IMG/VR virus record: IMGVR_UViG_3300033475_000068
Coordinates: 1-41,604 of that record
Origin: a virus
Taxonomy: Duplodnaviria; Caudoviricetes
Strand: one strand, 5' to 3'
Length of the DNA: 41,604 nucleotides
In this document: in pieces, positions 35,815 through 41,604 of the stretch
Layout: each line of letters begins with the position of its first letter
Position numbering within the stretch: the stretch's first letter is position 1
Translations under genes and position numbers: made by a program
The notes under the pieces: model-generated
Database searches by the model: none
What the model was told of the DNA's origin: nothing
The model's input: only the letters and a program-made list of their open reading frames with translations

Positions 35815-36537
35815 ATGGAAAACAAACCCCTGACAGATCCCTACGCCCTCACCATCCGACCAGAAGTCGATTTCCAGTTCCTCAGCGGGGCTTCCCTTGC
35901 GTCGATCGAGGAAGGCATCAAAAAGACCGAAGCCGCCGTCAGGTCGGCATCATTGGCCGTCTGTGTGGCACTAGCAAAGATTATGCGCGAAGAACTCTAT
36001 CGAGAGGCGGGATTCCGAACGTTTAAGGAATACGCGCTCAAGTCAGAGGACCGAGTTGGAATTGCCTACCAAACGGTTTGGATGTATGCCCGCATGGGTG
36101 AGTCATGGATCGTCGACCGGCCTAAGCTGAAAAAAGCGGGTTTCAAAGAAGACGGGAATCTCTCGAACCTTCGTCTCCTCGACAAGGCGAAAAAAAGTTT
36201 CGGTGACGAGGCCTTCAAGCTCGTGGCTCGTGAGAGCTTCAGGACCATTCAGGAAAAAATCAAATCCGCCGGATTACAACAGGTTAAGATCAGAGCCGAC
36301 GTTAAGCTCGAGGTCTCAGGGTCTTCGGTAAAAATCGATGGCGTCGAGATACTGAAGCTTGTAGCCCTTCCCGCAGCCGAGAAAAAGTTTCTGATAGACA
36401 CGCTCAAGGAAATCTACACCATCAGGGCCAACGGTGAGACGGTTTATCTTCGCGGAGTTGAGGACAAAGGCGAGTCCCGCCAGCTCGATAATCTCCTCAA
36501 GAAGATTCGTTTGGGGAGTGATCGTCTTCGGAGCTGA
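35815..36537 (+). CDS. DUF3102/Borrelia PF49-like protein
   Basis: LAKIMREELYREAGFRTFKEY...GIAYQTVWMY motif. Confidence 0.5.
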   Translation: MENKPLTDPYALTIRPEVDFQFLSGASLASIEEGIKKTEAAVRSASLAVCVALAKIMREELYREAGFRTFKEYALKSEDRVGIAYQTVWMYARMGESWIVDRPKLKKAGFKEDGNLSNLRLLDKAKKSFGDEAFKLVARESFRTIQEKIKSAGLQQVKIRADVKLEVSGSSVKIDGVEILKLVALPAAEKKFLIDTLKEIYTIRANGETVYLRGVEDKGESRQLDNLLKKIRLGSDRLRS

Positions 36538-37599
36538 CGCTCCACAACTTTTCCAACTCGGCTCGTTTATCCTGGACCCGGAGCAAGACCTCAAGCTCTT
36601 CAGGATGGTCATAGCGCTCCGTGCTTTCCCTCGTCGTGTGGCCCATGAATTCCCATCGGCGTCAATTCTGTCCAAAACCCTGCAAAACTTTTGACCAACT
36701 GCTGAGACTCGATGCGGTCCCCGATCTCTTGCGATAAAGACCAAGCCCTTCGAACCAGGTGGTTTGAGCTTCAATAGGAGCCCTTCTGTTCTTTTGGTTA
36801 TGAGCGCAGCCTTGACCTTAACGCCTCGCCCTTCTGTCTTCAATCCCTTGAGTTCGGCCTTGTCGTCGACGGCACCGACCACCGCAAAGCCTCCGAGCTG
36901 TGGATGATACTTTTCGATCATGAGCGCGACGACTTCCTGCGGACGCAAGCCTGTTTCGTAGATAATCAGGAAAAAGACAGCCCATTTCAGAGAGCCCCAG
37001 ATCTCGATCAGTTCGCTTTCGCTCTCTGGAAACATTTTCACGAGTTCTGACTTCAGAAAAATCCGTCGGGGTTTAGAATTTGCAGAAAGTTTTGGAATGG
37101 TCCGCAAGCTGTTGAGCTCGATCGCGCCGTCGAAAACAGCCTGGTCAAAAACCAGGACGAATGTCAACAAAAGCTTTTTTCTCTGAGCCGGAGAAAGAAA
37201 CCGATGTTTTTTCTTGATGCTCTTGATTTTCGACAGCCAGTCGAAAACCGGCCTCGGCCGAATTGCGGGAATGATGAAGTGTCCCCAGGTAGGGAGGATG
37301 TAATCGGCTAAAAGCTGCCGATAGGTTCGCCACGTCTTGGGCTGTCGCTTTCCCTCGGATTCTTCCCGAAGCCGAATGAATGGACACTTTCCGGGAATGA
37401 AGAAATTCCTTGCATACTCTTGAAGCGACATCCCTGGATGAATACCGCCGTGAGCCTGATCGAGCGCCCACTCGACGGCCTTACGCTTGGTTGTTTCTCC
37501 AGAGGACGACCAACCAACTCGGCCAGGAATTCGAACATAGTAAACGCCGCCGGCGTCCTTCCTTTTCCACGTCTTGACGTCTTTCTCATCCCAATCCAT
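36497..37599 (-). pseudogene. int: Tyrosine integrase, apparently disrupted (HxxR segment missing, frameshift near 36651)
   Basis: ETGLRPQE and LKT are in the main frame. Box II FMGHTTRESTERYDH is in a different frame ending TGA 36497. No HxxR between them. Confidence 0.8.
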
Positions 37600-37629
37600 G
37601 CTCAAAGCCTAGGCGAGAGGTAAAAAGCA

Positions 37630-37879
37630 GTCAACAATATGTTGACGATTTGTTGATTGGATGAAATGAAAAACTGTCGTTTTGGTTTTGGAAAGTCAAA
37701 GAAAAAGGGACTGTAACGGATTAGATGTCCATTAAAGTCCCTTGTAGTGCTAGCCGATGAGCGGAATTGAACCGCTGACCTACGCATTACGAGTGCGTAA
37801 CGATTATCGATATAATTGTTTATACATCAACGATTTAATTGTTTTCAAATCTCCGATTTGTTGACTATTTCGTTGATTG
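37630..37879. other. attP region with arm-type repeats
   Basis: TGTTGAC(G/T)ATTT(C)GTTGATTG at 37640-37659 and 37859-37879 flanking the tRNA-derived core; palindrome GTCAACAATATGTTGAC at 37630-37646. Confidence 0.75.
37752..37798 (-). other. attP core = 3' half of tRNA-Thr(CGT)
   Basis: ACGCA-CTCGTAA-TGCGT anticodon arm, AGCGG-TTCAATT-CCGCT T-arm, CATCGGCT acceptor 3' strand. No D-arm or 5' half. Confidence 0.88.
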
Positions 37880-37880
37880 T

Positions 37881-37906
37881 TAAAAAAAGGCCTCCACTCG
37901 GAGGCC
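37881..37906 (-). terminator. Rho-independent terminator ending late/lysis operon
   Basis: GGCCTCC-N4-GGAGGCC stem followed by T7 on the minus strand. Confidence 0.85.
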
Positions 37907-37910
37907 CTAG

Positions 37911-38405
37911 TCATCGCGTCAGTTCGTAGATCATCCATCCCGACCCAATTGCTAAAAGTGATGAAATGGGGATAGCGAGAACTGGCTTTTCAGATCCGAT
38001 CATAGTTCCAGTCGAAGCAACTAACGCAGCCGTACCAATGGCAAAAAAAACGGCCAACGAGTCCGGAGGCTTGGCGAGTCCTTCAAACACTTGTTTCGGC
38101 AATTCTAAATCATAGAGTAGTGCGCCGTCGGCGATCGATAGTTTTAGTTTTCCAGGATCGGCCCAAGAGATCCAGACTTTGCCGTCGACCGTTGTTCCGG
38201 CGATCATCGCGGGAAATTCTACGATCGGAACCTCATGCTCGATCCGGTCGAGCTTGACGATCTGAGCCGCCAATTGATCTTGCGTCAACGTCTGGACATA
38301 GGTAACGGCTTCCTGGATCGTCAGGGGTTTGTACGGCTCCGAGGCGTGAATGTGGACGCTAAACCCGCCCAGGATCAACAGGAGCGCGACGATCAATCGG
38401 AACAT
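37911..38405 (-). CDS. Membrane protein of lysis cassette (possible spanin-like)
   Basis: Signal peptide plus two C-terminal hydrophobic helices; GGAGG RBS. Confidence 0.55.
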   Translation of the reverse strand: MFRLIVALLLILGGFSVHIHASEPYKPLTIQEAVTYVQTLTQDQLAAQIVKLDRIEHEVPIVEFPAMIAGTTVDGKVWISWADPGKLKLSIADGALLYDLELPKQVFEGLAKPPDSLAVFFAIGTAALVASTGTMIGSEKPVLAIPISSLLAIGSGWMIYELTR

Positions 38406-38697
38406 GGTTTACCTCCACTGTGGCCGGAGTTCCCGGCGATTTGTATTCCACAGCTCTGACCTGCGAGGCGTTGATTCCGACCGGTAACGAGACTGGAATG
38501 GGGACCTTTCCGCCTGATGGAAAAACGTGAATCTTAGAAGGATTTTCCGGGTCACGAATCCAAGGCGTTGGGGATTGGACTTTGCCGAATTCGGACTTGC
38601 CAGCCCAGGCTTTTGTGAGGGCGAATCCTCCCAAGACCGTAGCGGCAACAAAGGCCAGAAAGCCGACAATCTTTGCCCAAAGATGTGAGGGTTTCAT
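38359..38697 (-). CDS. N-terminally anchored membrane protein of lysis cassette
   Basis: One TM helix then Pro-rich domain, coupled to holin. Confidence 0.55.
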   Translation of the reverse strand: MKPSHLWAKIVGFLAFVAATVLGGFALTKAWAGKSEFGKVQSPTPWIRDPENPSKIHVFPSGGKVPIPVSLPVGINASQVRAVEYKSPGTPATVEVNHVPIDRRAPVDPGRV

Positions 38698-38999
38698 GAT
38701 TTGCTCTTTGGTGGAATATTAGTGTCTTGCCCTGGATCTCCAGGCAAACGAATGCCGATCGCTTTCTTGAAGACCCAAACGAGAGCGGCGAACGCTGCGG
38801 TTTGAAACCCGTCTTGAACGCCCTTCCACCAGTCCAAAGGATTTTGAGTGAAGAGATACCCGACGATGAGCCCGACGAGAATAGCCACCCACGGATAAAA
38901 CCTTTCGAAGGTGTCCTTCTTGTCCATTGCCTTGATGAGCTGAACAACGATCAGCGTCAAGACAACAGGGATAGATCCGATAAGCTGCGTAATGTCCAT
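38694..38999 (-). CDS. Putative holin
   Basis: 101 aa, three hydrophobic segments, charged C-tail, downstream of the putative endolysin. Confidence 0.7.
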   Translation of the reverse strand: MDITQLIGSIPVVLTLIVVQLIKAMDKKDTFERFYPWVAILVGLIVGYLFTQNPLDWWKGVQDGFQTAAFAALVWVFKKAIGIRLPGDPGQDTNIPPKSKS

Positions 39000-39037
39000 A
39001 CGATTTCCTTTTCCTCGGAAACGGCCGAGGAACCGTT

Positions 39038-39493
39038 TTAAAGCTTCTCGAAAATTCGGATACTCAAACAGTATCCTTCGCGGACTGTGACAGACCCGTC
39101 ATCAATGGGGTCCCATTCGACCGGTCTTTTTTCTCCGATGACGAAGTGGTGAAAATTTGTTCGAGGATTGAACCATTCGGCAATGACGAAGTTTTCGGGA
39201 TCGGCTGTTCCCGGTTTATCTCTGCGGAGAAATTTCAGGTTACATCCAAGGAAATCGACGAGCTTTTGCCAGTCCTGAATGACTAGCTCCTCGGCGATGT
39301 CCCCTAATTGTCCGTTATGGTTGAGATCACCAGAAATGATTCCGCTTTTGATCGCGTCGTTCCATGCGGTTTGAAGTTCCTCCGTCATCCAGGGCTTCCC
39401 TTGGTAGGCCTCTCGGAAATATGCTGCGCAATCGAAAGCGCAGGCAAAGTGATTCATCTCAGGCGAAAGCCTTGGATTCGTTTGTTTGATCAT
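39038..39493 (-). CDS. DUF261-like papain-fold (Cys-His-Asp) protein, putative endolysin
   Basis: KQ......FAC, HFVI, WDP, TVREG..S.RIF motifs; lysis-cassette position. Confidence 0.6.
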   Translation of the reverse strand: MIKQTNPRLSPEMNHFACAFDCAAYFREAYQGKPWMTEELQTAWNDAIKSGIISGDLNHNGQLGDIAEELVIQDWQKLVDFLGCNLKFLRRDKPGTADPENFVIAEWFNPRTNFHHFVIGEKRPVEWDPIDDGSVTVREGYCLSIRIFEKL

Positions 39494-39864
39494 ATCCCTA
39501 CCCTTTGAGCTTCCGAACGACCTTTCATTTCGCCTCGCATCGCGGAAACCATGTTCTGAGTTACTTGCGACGTTTCTAGAATCTGTTTGATCCCTTCTTT
39601 CATCTCGGATTGTGACGCCTCGAAATTTTCGAGCCTCACAGCCGTCTGGCTGTGACTCTTTTCGAGTTCTTCGATTCTTGGCATGATCTCCCCCCTAATT
39701 TTAGAATGGGCGGCATCGAGAGATTCTTTATTCTTCGAATCTCGCTCTTCTTTTGCCCCTTCCTTTTTGGCCATCTTGATCGCCCAAAATTGAACCGCGA
39801 CGATAGCAGTCAAAATGCCCAAAACTGGACCCCCAACGAAATTGAAAACCTGTTCAAACGTCAT
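39490..39864 (-). CDS. Single-TM coiled-coil protein (holin/antiholin-like)
   Basis: N-terminal TM helix and charged coiled coil at the start of the lysis cassette. Confidence 0.55.
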   Translation of the reverse strand: MTFEQVFNFVGGPVLGILTAIVAVQFWAIKMAKKEGAKEERDSKNKESLDAAHSKIRGEIMPRIEELEKSHSQTAVRLENFEASQSEMKEGIKQILETSQVTQNMVSAMRGEMKGRSEAQRVGI

Positions 39865-39875
39865 TTAGCTTGCTC

Positions 39876-40958
39876 CTATTTGTGTGTGATTTTTATTCGC
39901 CAATTGTCGAAATAAGTTGAATGGACGGTCGCCCAACTTCTGGAACCAACAGCCGAGATTGTGTACGCTTCAGCATTCCAAAACACTTTGATTTGACCAG
40001 CGACGCTACTTGGCCCAAAACCGCAACCTTCTCTAGATGCTGAGTTAAAGTTGTTTGAAGACCCACCGTAGCAACAATACATCGTCGCTTGAACTCCGTT
40101 GTCACCGGCTAAATTCGCTGAAACCCAATAGCCGCTCGTTTTGTCTCGGAATTGAAACTCGATCGTGTCGGTTGTTGGATTAAAGTAGGACGGTTTCACA
40201 TCCAAAGTTGTGGCTTGGGTGTGGGAAAGAATCGCAGTCCCGTCCGCTCCTGATGCGAAACTCGTCGTATCGTTTGTGTTTGCCGAAGCCTGGGAATTGT
40301 AAAGGTATTCAACGTCTTGCTTGACGTCTTTTTCGATGTAAATCTTGGTTGGATTTGACGCCCAGGTTCCCGGAGTTGTTTCGGTGATTTCGATAAAGCC
40401 AATCAAAAGGACAGGTACATTGCTTCTGGCTGTCGTGGAATAAAGCAGAATTCTCGAGTCGGCTGCGCCCGCCCCACCTTCTGCCGTAGTGGACTGAAGC
40501 CTGTCCTCGTCCCAGATTTTCGACGAACTGGCAGCTAATTCGAGAGTCCCCGCATTGTCGATCAAATAGACGTAAATTCGTTCGTTCTTGCTGGCCAAAT
40601 GGCCGAGCGTCGACCCCGATGAAATCACAAGCGAAAGAGCTGTCGTTACAGATCTGAAATTGACGCCGCCAGAGGTCAACGTTGAAGATCTGAACCTAAA
40701 CCAAAGAGCGTCGTTTCCTGTTCCAGGGTTTGTAGTGCCGTCCGATTTCTTCAACGAAATTGTGAGCGCGTTTCCAGAAACGGAAGCCGCTAGGCCATAT
40801 TTTTTGGTCTCTGCGTGTTCTTTGATCATGTCGAGAATCGCGGCGTAAATATCGATGCTTAGGTCTTGATTCCTACCTCGCAAACCAAGAACAACGTCGG
40901 CTGCCTGGACTGTCGAAACCGGTAGACCGCCGTCTACCTTCATTGTTGCTATTGCCAT
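39876..40958 (-). CDS. Tail fibre/receptor-binding protein
   Basis: 360 aa, Ser/Thr/Gly-rich; LAASVSGNALTISLK...SLVISSGSTLG pattern; last tail gene. Confidence 0.65.
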   Translation of the reverse strand: MAIATMKVDGGLPVSTVQAADVVLGLRGRNQDLSIDIYAAILDMIKEHAETKKYGLAASVSGNALTISLKKSDGTTNPGTGNDALWFRFRSSTLTSGGVNFRSVTTALSLVISSGSTLGHLASKNERIYVYLIDNAGTLELAASSSKIWDEDRLQSTTAEGGAGAADSRILLYSTTARSNVPVLLIGFIEITETTPGTWASNPTKIYIEKDVKQDVEYLYNSQASANTNDTTSFASGADGTAILSHTQATTLDVKPSYFNPTTDTIEFQFRDKTSGYWVSANLAGDNGVQATMYCCYGGSSNNFNSASREGCGFGPSSVAGQIKVFWNAEAYTISAVGSRSWATVHSTYFDNWRIKITHK

Positions 40959-40959
40959 A

Positions 40960-41604
40960 TTATTGACCTCCAGATCGAATCAAAAGCCCAGAAGCGGAAA
41001 TAATTCTCGTCACTCCATCAGCCGCTACGATCAGTTTCACGAAGCTTGGAGTTATTGGCCCCAACAGTTCGACTTTGACTTTATTCACTCGCCGCTTGAA
41101 GTCGGGAGAAATCGCGATGATTTTGCAATGCTGGACTCCGTAGTAGGTGCGGCCTTCACTTTCAGCCGTGTCGAGATCAATCGGATCTGGGGTTATGGCG
41201 ATCGGCATAACGTCGAAGATTCTCAGAGTTAGGTACTGTTCGCCCATAAGCGTTACTTCACAGGTCTCGATCAGGCTATTGTATTTCAGCGCCAGAGCTG
41301 TAGCCCTCGTCTGTGCTGAGACCAAAGTCGTGAGCCAGGTATCAAACCTGACTTCCTGGCGCGTTCTGAAATTCTCCACCACATCTTGATAATACGTGTT
41401 GTTCAAGGTCGTGAGAAACTTTCCCGACTCGAAGCTCTTCTGATACCCGACTCGAACCTGGGCAGCCAGGAATTGAGTATCGCTGATCACATTTATTTTG
41501 ATGGCGTCAAGAATCTCAACGTTATCGATTGACGGAAGTCTAGCTCGATTTTCATCATCGATCCTGATCGTGCGCTTACCCTGGGCATTGATCTCATAAC
41601 GGAA
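40960..41604 (-). CDS. Tail protein (C-terminal part; open from window end)
   Basis: The frame of track ORF 40960..41490 stays open to 41604, so the gene is 5'-truncated. Confidence 0.6.
   Translation of the reverse strand, partial: FRYEINAQGKRTIRIDDENRARLPSIDNVEILDAIKINVISDTQFLAAQVRVGYQKSFESGKFLTTLNNTYYQDVVENFRTRQEVRFDTWLTTLVSAQTRATALALKYNSLIETCEVTLMGEQYLTLRIFDVMPIAITPDPIDLDTAESEGRTYYGVQHCKIIAISPDFKRRVNKVKVELLGPITPSFVKLIVAADGVTRIISASGLLIRSGGQ

Noticed and set aside
36316-36650. C-terminal tail of the 429-aa integrase ORF as real protein
   Set aside because: Out-of-frame read-through after the lesion; it overlaps a convergent gene and lacks catalytic residues.
37602-37787. 61-aa ORF upstream of integrase
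   Set aside because: It runs through the attP core and arm sites, has no RBS, and is probably spurious.
37752-37798. Functional tRNA-Thr gene
   Set aside because: Only the anticodon arm to 3' end is present, with no D-arm or 5' acceptor strand; it is an att core.
39876-40200. DGR variable region in the tail fibre
   Set aside because: No reverse transcriptase and no template repeat seen in the window.

Overview
The window is most of a tailed (siphovirus-like) temperate phage genome, circularly permuted. It starts inside the tape-measure gene and ends inside a distal tail gene on the same strand, with an uninterrupted attP (3' half of a tRNA-Thr(CGT)) between the lysis genes and the integrase. 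Nearly all genes are on the minus strand and translationally coupled: early/regulatory block (34.4-26 kb), recombination/replication (26-15.7 kb), packaging/head/tail (15.6 kb-1), and tail/lysis (41.6-37.9 kb). DUF261-like and PF49-like proteins suggest a spirochaete host (inference). Highlights: (1) a glycosyltransferase + three SAM methyltransferases + DUF6527-like cassette coupled between the portal and MuF genes, a candidate virion glycan synthesis/methylation system; (2) an M.EcoHK31I-type C5 methyltransferase with a nested out-of-frame beta subunit plus an in-frame TAG; (3) an integrase that has lost its HxxR segment and is frameshifted although attP is intact; (4) two divergent genetic switches, one a P22 immI-like RHH pair; (5) an SbcD-SbcC fusion preceded by a structured leader with an anti-SD. 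All family calls come from motif recognition by eye, not database searches. Many starts were re-assigned from RBS and stop/start overlaps.
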